From contig CAYGAJ010000002.1 in assembly GCA_964347815.1 (NCBI GenBank), forward strand, positions 1-43,791: DNA of 43,791 bases, given 5' to 3'. Under the pieces are notes generated by a model. The model saw only the letters and a list, made by a program, of their open reading frames with translations, was not told the DNA's origin and did no database searches. Of this stretch, positions 20,730-30,419 are shown piece by piece (position 1 is the stretch's first letter; each line of letters opens with the position of its first letter). Source of the DNA: an uncultured Gemmatimonadota bacterium (GTDB lineage: Bacteria > Gemmatimonadota > Gemmatimonadetes > Palauibacterales > KS3-K002). A program made the position numbers and the translations under genes.

Positions 20730-22598
20730 CTACCAGGCGATCCCGTAATCCTCCCCGTGGTTGCTCGAGCCACCCCAGAACGACCCGTGCTCCCAGTCGA
20801 AGTAGATCGCGTTCATCGGTCCCGACGTCAGGTTCCTAAACGTCAGGTCGTAACCCATCGCTCGTAGCTCTTCGCGAACCCAGGGTGGCACCGCATCGTT
20901 CAATAGCAGTCGGCCGGGTATCGACTCGTGGTTGCGGAACGAGTTGCGCATCTGGAAGCTGTTGAAGTTCGCGGCCTCGGTCGCCTCCTGCACGTTCATC
21001 CCGAAGACCACCATGTTGAGGAAGAACTGGAGGCTGTTCTGATCCTGGGTGTCGCCGCCCTGGATGGCGAAAGACAGGTAGGGCTTACCGTCCTTCAGCG
21101 TCATCGTGGGCGTCAGCGTGGCACGCGGCCGCTTGCCCGGTTCGATCACGTTGTAAGGGTTCTCGGACGGGTCGAGAACGAAGCTCTGGGCGCGCTGACT
21201 GATGCCGATGCCGGTCCGACCGGCGATGACGGCGGGAATCCAGCCGCCGCTGGGTGTGATCGACACCACCCAGCCCGACTCGTCGGCGGCCTGAATCGAG
21301 GTCGTCCCCAAGAAGAAGCCGTCCTCGGTCTCCCGCAGCGCCTGATCGCTGGTTACCTCGCCGCGAGGCGGCCAGCGGGACTGCCAGCTCTCGAGGTACC
21401 GGATGTACGGGTTCACGCCGCCCTGGAACGGGTAGGGGTCACCCGGTCCAATGTCCGGATCGTTCCTCTCCCAGTTGATCAGCTTGGCCCGCTCGCGCGC
21501 GTACCCCTTGGAGAGAAGCCCTTCGAGCGGTTCTGCGGGGGCGAAGTAGGGGTCGCCGTAATAGAAGTCCCGGTCGGCGAAGGCCAGGTTCATCGCCTGG
21601 TAGAGCGTGTGGATGTAGCGGCCGCTGTTGTAGCCCATCGACTTCAGGTCGAAGCCCTCCAGGATGTTGAGCGCCTGAAGGAGCACCGGGCCCTGAACCC
21701 AACTGGTCAGCTTGTAGACCTCGATGTCCTTGTACGTGGTCATCACCGGCTCTTCGATGTGGACCTTCCAGTTCGCCAGGTCCTGCATCGTGATCAGGGC
21801 GCCTTGCTCCCCGGCCCCGCGCACGAACTCCTTGGCGATGTCCCCCGAGTAGAACCGATCGTACGCCGCGTAGATCGCCTGCTTGCGCGTCTTCCCGGCG
21901 GCGAGCGCTTGCTGCTCGGCTTCGACCAGCTTGCGCAAGGTCGCCGCCAGGTCAGCCTGGCGGAATATCTCGCCCGGGTAGGGCGCGTCCCGGTCCTCGC
22001 CCGGGTGGGTCAGAAAGACCTTCGCCGAGTAGGGCCACTCGGCGATCCGCTTCTTGTTGCGCTCGATCGAGTTCGCGGTCTGGGCCTCGATCGGATAGCC
22101 GTCCGCCATCTGGATCGATGGCTCGAGAACATCGGCAAGGGTCAAGGTTCCGTACTCGGCGAGCATGACCAGGAGGCCGCCTGGGGTCCCCGGCGTGACC
22201 GCCGAGAGTGGGCCGAGGTCGGGCGGGTATCTGAGGCCCTTCTGCTTGAAGAACTCGGGCGTGGCACCGGTCGGCGCGACGCCGAGCGCGTTGATGCCGA
22301 CGACCTCTCCGGTGTTGGGGTTGTAGATGAGCGCCTGGGTCTCGCCGCCCCAGCTCAGGACGTCCCACATGGTCGCCGTCGCCCCCAGCATCGCGCAGGC
22401 GGCGTCGACCGCGTTCCCGCCCTTCGCGAACATCATCGCTCCGGCCGTCGCGCCCAGCGGCTTCCCGGTGATCGCCACCCAGTGGCGCCCGTGCAACACG
22501 GGCTTCACGGTGCGCTGGGCTGCCAGCTGATCGGGTAAGAACAAGCTGGCCGTCACGAGCAGGAGCGACAGGGTCGTGATGTTCTTTGCGGTCGGCAT
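20730..22598 (-). CDS. ggt: Gamma-glutamyltransferase family protein, secreted
   Basis: Ntn-hydrolase GGT features: FFLGTTSIQAAD (Thr nucleophile region), SGGWIP, and GGDTQDQ near the C-terminus. ATG 22598 is preceded by GGAGGG and followed by a signal peptide ending LAAQ. Confidence 0.88.
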   Translation of the reverse strand: MPTAKNITTLSLLLVTASLFLPDQLAAQRTVKPVLHGRHWVAITGKPLGATAGAMMFAKGGNAVDAACAMLGATATMWDVLSWGGETQALIYNPNTGEVVGINALGVAPTGATPEFFKQKGLRYPPDLGPLSAVTPGTPGGLLVMLAEYGTLTLADVLEPSIQMADGYPIEAQTANSIERNKKRIAEWPYSAKVFLTHPGEDRDAPYPGEIFRQADLAATLRKLVEAEQQALAAGKTRKQAIYAAYDRFYSGDIAKEFVRGAGEQGALITMQDLANWKVHIEEPVMTTYKDIEVYKLTSWVQGPVLLQALNILEGFDLKSMGYNSGRYIHTLYQAMNLAFADRDFYYGDPYFAPAEPLEGLLSKGYARERAKLINWERNDPDIGPGDPYPFQGGVNPYIRYLESWQSRWPPRGEVTSDQALRETEDGFFLGTTSIQAADESGWVVSITPSGGWIPAVIAGRTGIGISQRAQSFVLDPSENPYNVIEPGKRPRATLTPTMTLKDGKPYLSFAIQGGDTQDQNSLQFFLNMVVFGMNVQEATEAANFNSFQMRNSFRNHESIPGRLLLNDAVPPWVREELRAMGYDLTFRNLTSGPMNAIYFDWEHGSFWGGSSNHGEDYGIAW

Positions 22599-22876
22599 CG
22601 GCCCTCCTCGAAGATGCGTTGGCAGACTTGAGCTGCGGTCGTCGACTCTTCTCACCCACCGGCGGCTTGTCGGCGTGTGCCGGCGCGTCAGCCTCCCAAA
22701 ATCCGGCAAAGGGCGGCCGGCCACAAGGGCGAGCTCGGGCCCCACGGCGATCTCTGGCGGTGCAGGCCGTCGACGTCGCGCCAGCCAACCGCACGCAGGG
22801 CTTAAAGCGTCAAACGGGAGAAGCGATGAAACCGCCGCCGTGAGTCGTGGAGACTCGAATCGAAGGAGACTCGATA

Positions 22877-23188
22877 ATGTTATCGCTTCGGCATGTCGCT
22901 TCCGTCGTCTGGACCTTCCTGGCCTTCATGGTCGCCGCGGCCCTCGTCCTCAACCTCCGCTACAAGACCGTCGGTGAAGGGCAGTACTTCGACACCTGGA
23001 CGGGCCAGATCCGCCCGGCCGAGCGCGTCGAGGCTCCTGCGGCTTCCTCGGAGGTCGTTCTGGGAATCAGCGGCTTGGAGCCCGGGATCTCGTTCCGTGC
23101 TGAGCGGCTGAGGCGGGAAAAGCTGGGTTCGGACTGTGCCCGGGTCCGCTTCGCCTTTCCCGCGCCGGAGCCGAGCCGGCGCTACTGA
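22877..23188 (+). CDS. Hypothetical single-pass membrane protein
   Basis: ATG 22877 is preceded by AAGGAG. One TM helix (VVWTFLAFMVAAALVL). No recognisable family. An alternative GTG start lies at 22847. Confidence 0.45.
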   Translation: MLSLRHVASVVWTFLAFMVAAALVLNLRYKTVGEGQYFDTWTGQIRPAERVEAPAASSEVVLGISGLEPGISFRAERLRREKLGSDCARVRFAFPAPEPSRRY

Positions 23189-23223
23189 GGGTCGAAGGCC
23201 GGTGCGACCGGCTTCGGCGCTGC

Positions 23224-23245
23224 GGCCGCCGGAAGCCCGGCGGCC
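23224..23245. terminator. Hairpin between convergent genes (hypothetical / cls)
   Basis: Perfect GGCCGCCGG-AAGC-CCGGCGGCC stem-loop. A second hairpin, GCCGGT-GCG-ACCGGC, lies just upstream (~23198-23212). Confidence 0.5.
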
Positions 23246-23289
23246 GATCCAGGTCCGCCCCATCGGCCGCGCGGACCCGCGCCGGGGCG

Positions 23290-24753
23290 CTAGAGCATGG
23301 GCTGGAACAGGTAGCAGAGGTTCTCGGCCAGTCGGCGCGGCAGCGAGCGAGCCCGGTGATCGGCGAGCAGGATCTCATCGCTGAGGGCGATCTCCTCCTC
23401 GACCTGGCCCTGGATTCGGGTCAGGAAGTCGGTGTCGGCCACCTCGAGATTAGACTCGAAGTTCAGGTGGAGGCTGCGGAAGTCGAGGTTTGCCGATCCG
23501 ATCATCGCGTACACTCCATCGACGATCAGAGCCTTGGCGTGCATGAAGGGGCCGCGCCGCTCGAAGATGCGCACCCCGGATTTGAGGAGGGGAGTATAGA
23601 GCGCGCGCGCCGCATAGCCGGTGTACCAGTGGTTGCTCTTCCTGGGTAGCACTAGCCGAACGCGGACGCCGCGCAGGGCGGCGTAACGCAGGGCCGTGAT
23701 GATGGGTTCATCCGGCACGAAGTAAGGCGTGACGATCGAGATCGAGCTCTCGGCGGCCACGATCGCTCCAAAGATGGCATCCGCCAGTCCGTGACCCGCC
23801 AGGTCCGGCCCTCCCGGAACGACCTGAGCCACCGCCTCACCGGCGGCCTCCTGCTCGGGGAAGTAGCTGAGGTCGAACAGCCGCTCCGGCGGCTCACCGG
23901 AGGCGAAATGCCAGTCTTCGATGAATAGCAGCTGCAGATCGGATACCGCGGGTCCCGCGACCCGGACGTGATAGTCGCGGATCGCGATGCCACCGTTGTA
24001 GGCGCTCATGTTGATGTCGGCGATGTTGATGCCACCGACGAACCCGACACGGCCATCGATGACCGCGATCTTGCGGTGATTGCGCAGGTTGATCTGAAAG
24101 CGGCCCTTGAGCGGGTTGGCCTGGGTGATCGAGCGGATCTGCACGCCCGCCTCGGCGGCGCTTTTGAAGAAGCGCGTCAGGTGCGCATAGGTCGAGCCGA
24201 AGCGATCATAGAGCAGACGGCACTCGACTCCCGAGCGTGCGCGCTCGACGAGCAGGTCCAGCAGCTCGCGCCCAATTCGGTCGCGTCCAAAGATGAAGGT
24301 CTGAAGATGCACCGAGGAACGGGCCTCGGAGATGGCTGTTGACAACGACGGGTAAAAGGCGTCGCCGTCCACCAGCAGGTCGACCCGGTTGCCTCGAAAC
24401 ACGCGATTCGGCCTCACCGCCGGGTCGGTGGCTCGGAAGATGTGGGCGGCCGGATAGGCGGGGTCGCGACCCGGGCGGGGGTGCGAGTAATCGACCGCTA
24501 GCTTCTCGAGGGTTGGGTGCGCCGCGGCGCGCCGGGCCACCAGAGCCTTCGCGGCCTCGCGCTGAGATGCGCCCCGGCGTACGCGATCGACCCCGAAGCT
24601 GAGATAGCCGAGCGCACCCAGGTACGGAAACGCCCAGACGACCGCCAGCCACAGGACCGCGGAGACGGGTCGGTGTTTGGTGAGCAAAATATCGAGTGTC
24701 AGCACCGCGCCGAGCACGATGTGACCGACGGTGAGTAAGGTGTAGTCGAACAT
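23290..24753 (-). CDS. cls: Cardiolipin synthase (PLD superfamily)
   Basis: Two HKD motifs (HRKIAVIDGRVGFVGGINI and HAKALIVDGVYAMIGSANLD) and N-terminal TM helices (ILLTKHRPVSAVLWLAVVWAFPYLG). Confidence 0.9.
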   Translation of the reverse strand: MFDYTLLTVGHIVLGAVLTLDILLTKHRPVSAVLWLAVVWAFPYLGALGYLSFGVDRVRRGASQREAAKALVARRAAAHPTLEKLAVDYSHPRPGRDPAYPAAHIFRATDPAVRPNRVFRGNRVDLLVDGDAFYPSLSTAISEARSSVHLQTFIFGRDRIGRELLDLLVERARSGVECRLLYDRFGSTYAHLTRFFKSAAEAGVQIRSITQANPLKGRFQINLRNHRKIAVIDGRVGFVGGINIADINMSAYNGGIAIRDYHVRVAGPAVSDLQLLFIEDWHFASGEPPERLFDLSYFPEQEAAGEAVAQVVPGGPDLAGHGLADAIFGAIVAAESSISIVTPYFVPDEPIITALRYAALRGVRVRLVLPRKSNHWYTGYAARALYTPLLKSGVRIFERRGPFMHAKALIVDGVYAMIGSANLDFRSLHLNFESNLEVADTDFLTRIQGQVEEEIALSDEILLADHRARSLPRRLAENLCYLFQPML

Positions 24754-25230
24754 GTCCTAAGCCCCAGCTCTAATAATATGACTGAGGCTCGATAAAGGTG
24801 ACGGACGGTCGAGGGCCACGAGGGCGATCGGTCTCTAATTCTGGTCTCACGAGTCACTAGCCGGTATGATAGGAAGAAAGAGGCCAGCAGGCGATTGCCA
24901 GGGCAGGGGGGACGGGTTACGGGCGCGGCCGGACGGCCGTGCTGCTGGACCAAATCCGCGGCCCGCTTCGAGTTCACGCCGGCACTCAACGATCGGCGCG
25001 CCAGCGTCTGGATCCAGCAGCTGATCACCTTCGAGATCCGGTAGGTTGATCGGTCGCCGGGTTGTCCGAGGCGGAGGGTTGCGGGCCGGAGCGCTGGCAA
25101 TAGCTTGAGCGCCGCTACTGGCGGTGACACGGGCCCCGAGCCCCAATGGCGCGGGGCCTTTCTGTATGGGCGACGCGCGTGCGACGCGGCTACGACCCGC
25201 GGCCGCTTGACGACCAAAGACGATAACGCA

Positions 25231-26181
25231 TTGGATCCCGTCACCCATACGCTCACAGGCGCCGCCCTCGCCCAGGCGGGCCTCAAGCAGCGAACCGCGC
25301 TGGGCACGGCCACGCTGGTCATCGGAGCCAACCTCCCCGATGTCGACATGCTGGCCTATGCCTGGGGCGGCGAGACCGCGCTCTGGTTCCGTCGCGGTCT
25401 GACGCACGGCCTGCCGGCGCTCGTGGTGCTTCCGATTCTGCTGGCAGCCGCCATGCTGCTCTGGGATCGCTGGGTGAGAAGGCGGCGGTCGGGTGGGCCA
25501 CCGGCCCGGCCCGGTCCTTTGCTGCTGCTGGCGGCCGTGGCCGTGGCCAGCCACCCGCTGCTCGATTTCCTGAACGTGTACGGGATGCGCTGGTTGGCCC
25601 CGTTCCAGTCCAGCTGGTTCTACGGCGATACGCTGTTCATCATCGATCCCTGGCTCTGGGCGATTCTGAGCGCAGCGGTATGGACGGGTCGCCGCCGACC
25701 ATCGGCGGCGTGGGGCGCGCTGTTGGTCGGCGCGGCCTACATACTGTTGATGGCCGGCTCCAACCTGGCGGCGCGTCGAGCGATCGAGCAGAGCATCGAG
25801 GCGCAGGGCACCCAGATCCAGAGCCTGATGGTGGCGCCCGTACCGGTGACGCCGTTCTCGCGTTGGGTGATCGTGGCGGGTCCGGATGGGTACGAAGCGG
25901 GCAGATTCAGTTGGCTCGGGGGGCGAGCGCTCGAGTTGCGGACGGTGCCCTACGACCGTTATGCGCCCGAGGGCCTTGCGGTGCACCCGGCCGTACGTGA
26001 GGCGTCGGCTCGACCGGCGGCGCGCAAGTACCTTGCGTGGGCGCGTTTTCCTTACACCTGGGTCACCGAGCGGTCGGACGCCTACATCGTCTACTTCGGG
26101 GACGCCCGCTACACGCTCGACCCGGAGCGCTCCTGGGCCGCAACTCGAGTGGTCGTCGCAAAGCAGCCGAGCGAGCCGTAG
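25231..26181 (+). CDS. Membrane-bound metal-dependent hydrolase (DUF457 / YdjM-YbcI family)
   Basis: (M)DPVTHTLTGAALAQAG...GANLPDVD...THG is the typical N-terminus and His/Asp pattern of DUF457 proteins, and the protein is polytopic. The start is uncertain: TTG 25231 was chosen because it reproduces the family-typical MDPxTH start. The ORF is open from 25105 and TTG 25207 is also possible. Confidence 0.7.
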   Translation: MDPVTHTLTGAALAQAGLKQRTALGTATLVIGANLPDVDMLAYAWGGETALWFRRGLTHGLPALVVLPILLAAAMLLWDRWVRRRRSGGPPARPGPLLLLAAVAVASHPLLDFLNVYGMRWLAPFQSSWFYGDTLFIIDPWLWAILSAAVWTGRRRPSAAWGALLVGAAYILLMAGSNLAARRAIEQSIEAQGTQIQSLMVAPVPVTPFSRWVIVAGPDGYEAGRFSWLGGRALELRTVPYDRYAPEGLAVHPAVREASARPAARKYLAWARFPYTWVTERSDAYIVYFGDARYTLDPERSWAATRVVVAKQPSEP

Positions 26182-26247
26182 CGCACTCTCGAAATGCGAC
26201 GGCACACCTCAGCGGTCAGCCGTCGCGGGCACACGTGTCCAGCCGCG

Positions 26248-26838
26248 CTAGCGGGGAATTGGATCGGGCAGCGAGACGACGAGGTGGCAGAGCCCGCCTT
26301 CGGCGGAGCGCTGTGTGACGCGGCCGGTTCTCTCCAGCAGGTGAACCATCCGATGGTTGTCGGCCAGGAGATAGGCGTCGAAACAGCGCACGCCCTCCGC
26401 GGCCGCGACCTGGATCAGGTGGTCCAGGAGCAGCGTGCCGATGCCCCGCCCCTGCATCGCATCCTCGACGGTCAGCGCCACTTCGGCACGGTCGTCGGGA
26501 CCGCCCGGAGGGCAGGCGTAGCGGCCGACGGCTACGAGGCGCTCTCGACCGTCATCGTCGAGACACGCGACGAGGGCGGCCTTCCGGTGAAAATCGAGCT
26601 CGGTCAGCTGGGCGAGCTCGCCGGGGGTCAGCCGCTTCTTCGCCCCGAGAAAGCGGTAGTAGATGGCTTCGCGACTCAGGCGGTCGAACAGCCCGAGCAG
26701 GGCGGCTTTGTCGTCCGGACGGATCGCACGTATGCGAAGCCGCGTCCCATCGCGAAGCACCTCGTCGGCCGTATACTTTTGAGCAGCGCCGCCCGAGGTC
26801 TCGTGGGAGCGGCCGGACGGGAGCGGGTCATCTTTCAT
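26248..26838 (-). CDS. GNAT-family N-acetyltransferase (resembles the stand-alone Pat-type protein acetyltransferase domain)
   Basis: Acetyl-CoA binding Q/RxxGxG motif (MQGRGIGTLLLDHL). The N-terminal IRAIRPDDKAALLGLFDRLSREAIYYRF is typical of Pat/AcuA-like GNATs. Confidence 0.8.
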   Translation of the reverse strand: MKDDPLPSGRSHETSGGAAQKYTADEVLRDGTRLRIRAIRPDDKAALLGLFDRLSREAIYYRFLGAKKRLTPGELAQLTELDFHRKAALVACLDDDGRERLVAVGRYACPPGGPDDRAEVALTVEDAMQGRGIGTLLLDHLIQVAAAEGVRCFDAYLLADNHRMVHLLERTGRVTQRSAEGGLCHLVVSLPDPIPR

Positions 26839-26984
26839 GCTCCGCTACTCGCTTCCCGCGTGGCGGCACGAAAGAACCCGGCTCGCTTTGGCGCGGGGAT
26901 ACCGTCGCGCCGCCGTTTTCGGTCGGGGCACGCGCGGCTTCCCCGTCGCCGCGCGATGAGTCTTAGACGGGAGGAGAATGCCGT

Positions 26985-27263
26985 ATGAAGGCGACCGGTG
27001 AGATCCAGGTCATTCCGATCGGATCGGGTGTCTCGGTCCGGAAACAGGTTCAGCGCGCACACGGAATCCTCGAGGGCTCCGACCTGCACGTCGAGCTCCA
27101 CGCTAACGGCAGCAATGTCGAAGGCGAGCTCGGCGCGATCTTTGACGCGGTCAAACGGATACACGAGACACTGCACGCTGAGGGAACCGTGCGCATCGCG
27201 ACGTTCATCAAGGTCGCGACGCGGACCGACAAGGAGCCGACGCTGGCGGGCAAACTGTTCTGA
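26985..27263 (+). CDS. MTH1187/YkoF-family (UPF0045, thiamine-binding-like) small protein
   Basis: A 92-aa ferredoxin-like protein with the family-typical start (EIQVIPIGSG.SV...V) and HANGSNVEGEL...V...H. ATG is preceded by GGGAGGAG. Confidence 0.75.
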   Translation: MKATGEIQVIPIGSGVSVRKQVQRAHGILEGSDLHVELHANGSNVEGELGAIFDAVKRIHETLHAEGTVRIATFIKVATRTDKEPTLAGKLF

Positions 27264-27333
27264 GCCGGGACGGTCGCGTGGGTCCGCCGCCCCAGTCTTC
27301 GGCCCGCGCCCGTTCGTTCGGCCTGACTCCGGC

Positions 27334-30162
27334 TCAGAGCACGTTGAAAGGGTAATCCGCGTGCTCGCGCTCCTCCTGGCTTCGCCGCTTCTCTCTAAGC
27401 GCCGCTTGGGCCGCAGCGAGCCGTGCGATCGGAACGCGGAAGCTCGAGCAGCTCACGTAGTCCAGCCCGATCGTGTGGCAGAACTCGATGCTGCGCGGGT
27501 GGCCGCCGTGCTCGCCGCAGATACCGACCTTCAGGTCCGGCTTCACCCGGCGCCCGGATACGACCGCCAGCTTCATCAACCGGCCCACCCCGGGGATGTC
27601 GAGCGCCTCGAAGGGATTCTGCGGCAGCAGCCCGTTCTCGACGTAGAAGGGCAGGAACTTCTGCTCGGCATCTTCGCGCGAGAACGAGAACGTGGCCTGA
27701 GTCAGGTCGTTGGTGCCAAACGAGAAGAACTCCGTGCGCTCCGCGATCGCGTCGGCGCGCACGCAGGCGCGCACCGCCTCGATCATCGTTCCAAACTTGA
27801 AATCGAGCCGCGCCCCGTGCCGCCCCTCGACCTCATCCCGCACCTCGTCGAGTAGCTCTCCGACGCGGACCAGCTCGGCGGGCTCGGTCACCTGCGGGAC
27901 CATGATCTCACATACGGCGTTCACCCCTTCTTGCACGCATTCGGCCACGGCTTCCAGGATCGCCCCGAGCTGCATCCGGTACAGCTCGGGGTAGGTGATC
28001 CCGAGGCGCACGCCACGGTGGCCGAGCATCGGGTTGACCTCGGCCGTCTCACGCACCTTCTGGAGCACGGACTCCTTCTGCTCGATCAATTCGTCGATCA
28101 GACGGCCATCCTTCGCGCCCGACACTTCCGCGCGCAGCCGCTCGATCGCGGGCAGGTCGCTAAGCTCGGCGCTCTCGAGGATGCGGGTCAACGACTGGGG
28201 GCTGGGGTTCCCGTGCTCGAGATGCGACTTCAGGTTCTTGAGCGCCGACACTTCGAGCAGCAGCGACTCGAGCGACGGCAGAAACTCATGCAGCGGTGGA
28301 TCGAGCAGCCGGATGGTGACCGGGAGGCCTTCCATCGCCTTGAAGATCTCTCGGAAGTCGGCCTTCTGCATGGGTCGGAGCCGGTCGATGGCGGCACGCC
28401 GTTCTTCCGCTGAGCGGGAGAGGATCATGTCGCGAACGATGGGAAGACGATCGGCGGCGTTGAACATGCGTTCGGTCCGGCAAAGCCCGATGCCCTGGGC
28501 GCCCATCTCACGTGCCAGCGCCGCGTCTTCGGGCGTGTCGGCGTTCGCCCGCACCCCGAGCGTGCGAATCTCGTCGGCCCAGCGCAGCAGCGTCTTCATG
28601 TCCTCGCTGAACTCGGGTTCCACCGTGGGCACTTCGCCCAGGAAGACGTCGCCACTGCCGCCGTCGATCGTGATCAGCTCGCCCTCGGTGATGCTCCGAC
28701 CGCTGACGACGGCGACCCGCTCACGGTCGTTGATCCGGATCTCCTCCGCTCCGACCACGCACGGCTTGCCCATCCCTCTGGCCACCACCGCCGCGTGCGA
28801 CGTCTTGCCGCCGCGGCTGGTGAGGATGCCGCGCGCTTGGAAAAAGCCGTGGATATCCTCCGGCTTCGTCTCCTCGCGCACCAGGATCACAGCCTCGCCC
28901 GTGCGCCCCCGGCGCTCCGCCTCATCGGCGTCGAAGACGACGGCCCCCGAGGCGGCGCCGGGCGAAGCGGGCAGCCCGCGGGCGATCGCCTCGGCATCGG
29001 CGGTCGGATCGATACGCCGGTGAAGTAGCTGCTCCAAGTGATCCGGGCTGATCCGCAACAACGCCTCTTCCGTGTTCAAGACCCCCTCATCCAACATGTC
29101 CCGCGATGTCTTGACGAACGCTGTGGCGTTCATCTTGCCATTGCGGGTCTGCAGCATGTAAAGCTTGCCGCGCTCGATGGTGAACTCGAAGTCCTGGACC
29201 TCGTGATACTCGTCTTCCAGCGTCCGTCGGATCCGTTGAAGCTCCACCCACGAGCCCGGCATCTCCGTCTCCAGCTCCGCGATCGGCTTGGGGGTACGGA
29301 TGCCGGCGACCACGTCCTCGCCCTGCGCGTTGACCAGGTATTCGCCAAACAGGGTGTTCTCGCCCGTTCCCGGATCGCGCGTGAAGGCGACCCCGGTGGC
29401 CGAATCCTCACCCATGTTGCCGAACACCATTGTGCAGATGTTGACCGCCGTTCCGTTCGCCATCTGAGGCGTGATCTTGAATTCGCGCCGGTAGTCCACG
29501 GCACGTTTGCCTTCCCACGAGCGGAAGACCGCCTCCACCGCCATCTCCAGTTGCTTCCAGGGATCCTGTGGGAACGCGATGCCCAGGTCGGCCCGGATGA
29601 CATCCTTGTAGTCGGCGCACAGTTTCTGTAGTGAGTCGATGGTGAGCTCGTAATCGTACTTCGCACCCTGCCGCTTCTTCGCCTCTTCGAGGAGCTGTGC
29701 GAAGCGTTTCTCTTCGGCTCCCATGGCGATCTCACCGAATGCCTGCATGAGTCGACGGTAGGCGTCGTACGCGAACCGCAGGTTCTGGGTCGCCTCGCCG
29801 AAGCCGACCACCACCTCATCGTTCATCCCCAGGTTGAGGATGGTGTCCATCATGCCGGGCATCGACATCGCCGCTCCGGAGCGTACCGATACGAGCAGGG
29901 GGTTTGTCTTGTGGCCGAACGTCTTTCCGGTCTCGCGCTCCAGCTGCTCCATCCGCTCGCGCGCCTCGTCCATGAGGCCCGCCGGCAGGCTGCGGTCGGA
30001 CTTGTAGTATTGGCGACAGGCCTCGGTGGTGATGACGAACCCCGGCGGGACCGGCAGCCCGATCTGGGTCATGCGGGCCAACCCCGCGCCTTTACCACCC
30101 AGCAACTGCCTGTCGGTGCTGTCCGCGTCCTCGAACGGGTAGACGAATCGTATCGGTTTCAT
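27334..30162 (-). CDS. ppdK: Pyruvate, phosphate dikinase
   Basis: At 942 aa it carries the ATP-grasp N-terminus (GGKGAGLARM), the phosphohistidine swivel domain (GGKTSHAAVVARGMGKPCV) and the PEP-utilising TIM barrel (GICGEHGG, FFSFGTNDLTQ). Confidence 0.95.
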   Translation of the reverse strand: MKPIRFVYPFEDADSTDRQLLGGKGAGLARMTQIGLPVPPGFVITTEACRQYYKSDRSLPAGLMDEARERMEQLERETGKTFGHKTNPLLVSVRSGAAMSMPGMMDTILNLGMNDEVVVGFGEATQNLRFAYDAYRRLMQAFGEIAMGAEEKRFAQLLEEAKKRQGAKYDYELTIDSLQKLCADYKDVIRADLGIAFPQDPWKQLEMAVEAVFRSWEGKRAVDYRREFKITPQMANGTAVNICTMVFGNMGEDSATGVAFTRDPGTGENTLFGEYLVNAQGEDVVAGIRTPKPIAELETEMPGSWVELQRIRRTLEDEYHEVQDFEFTIERGKLYMLQTRNGKMNATAFVKTSRDMLDEGVLNTEEALLRISPDHLEQLLHRRIDPTADAEAIARGLPASPGAASGAVVFDADEAERRGRTGEAVILVREETKPEDIHGFFQARGILTSRGGKTSHAAVVARGMGKPCVVGAEEIRINDRERVAVVSGRSITEGELITIDGGSGDVFLGEVPTVEPEFSEDMKTLLRWADEIRTLGVRANADTPEDAALAREMGAQGIGLCRTERMFNAADRLPIVRDMILSRSAEERRAAIDRLRPMQKADFREIFKAMEGLPVTIRLLDPPLHEFLPSLESLLLEVSALKNLKSHLEHGNPSPQSLTRILESAELSDLPAIERLRAEVSGAKDGRLIDELIEQKESVLQKVRETAEVNPMLGHRGVRLGITYPELYRMQLGAILEAVAECVQEGVNAVCEIMVPQVTEPAELVRVGELLDEVRDEVEGRHGARLDFKFGTMIEAVRACVRADAIAERTEFFSFGTNDLTQATFSFSREDAEQKFLPFYVENGLLPQNPFEALDIPGVGRLMKLAVVSGRRVKPDLKVGICGEHGGHPRSIEFCHTIGLDYVSCSSFRVPIARLAAAQAALREKRRSQEEREHADYPFNVL

Positions 30163-30419
30163 GCAGAGTTCAGCTCCTGGCTACTCGGGTTTGCCGCCTC
30201 GGACCCCCAAATGTAGGCATCTCGAAGCGATCGAAAAGCCATAGGCGATGACGGCCGAGCCTGCCGCCTTCAGGTGACTCCTGCCCGCGGCATGTCTCGG
30301 CGCCCGGAGGCTCGCGGCGCTGCGGCCCCTTGACCGCGGGGACGGCGACGGGCTACGGTCGGGGCGCCGGAGGAGGAGACGCGAGGGCCGATGAACCACT
30401 GCCAGGGCGGAGCAGACGC

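Noticed and set aside
20928-22538. 536-aa plus-strand ORF antisense to ggt. The same type includes 1677-2507(-), 5753-6808(-), 8747-9598(+), 27995-29023(+), 36364-37500(-) and 40325-41218(+).
   Set aside because: All are low-complexity Arg/Gly/Pro/Asp-rich translations, each lying opposite a frame with strong family motifs. They are high-GC antisense artefacts, not overlapping genes.
20506-23245. The GGCCGCCGG / CCGGCGGCC stems recur at 20506-20536 and 23224-23245, with a similar one in the rrn leader at 43517. I considered whether they form a REP-like dispersed repeat family.
   Set aside because: The shared sequence is only a 9-bp GC-rich palindrome arm with different loops and flanks. That fits independent terminator hairpins in GC-rich DNA rather than a repeat element.
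24895-25044. Short plus-strand frame in the cls / DUF457 intergenic region ending ...KSAARFEFTPALNDRRASVWIQQLITFEIR, which looks protein-like.
   Set aside because: Only a TTG start is available, there is no SD, the N-terminal half is Gly/Arg junk, and I recognise no family. Evidence is insufficient to call a gene.
24847-26205. 452-aa minus-strand ORF, the longest ORF across this interval.
   Set aside because: The translation is extremely Arg/Pro/Gly-rich with no motif. It lies antisense to a plus-strand frame that carries clear DUF457 hydrolase motifs. This is the typical shadow ORF of high-GC DNA.
26839-26984. Looked for a TPP riboswitch upstream of the MTH1187/YkoF-type (thiamine-binding family) gene.
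   Set aside because: No CTGAGA / ACCTGATCTGGATAATGCCAGCG-like core is visible. The region is short and GC-rich without the THI-box.
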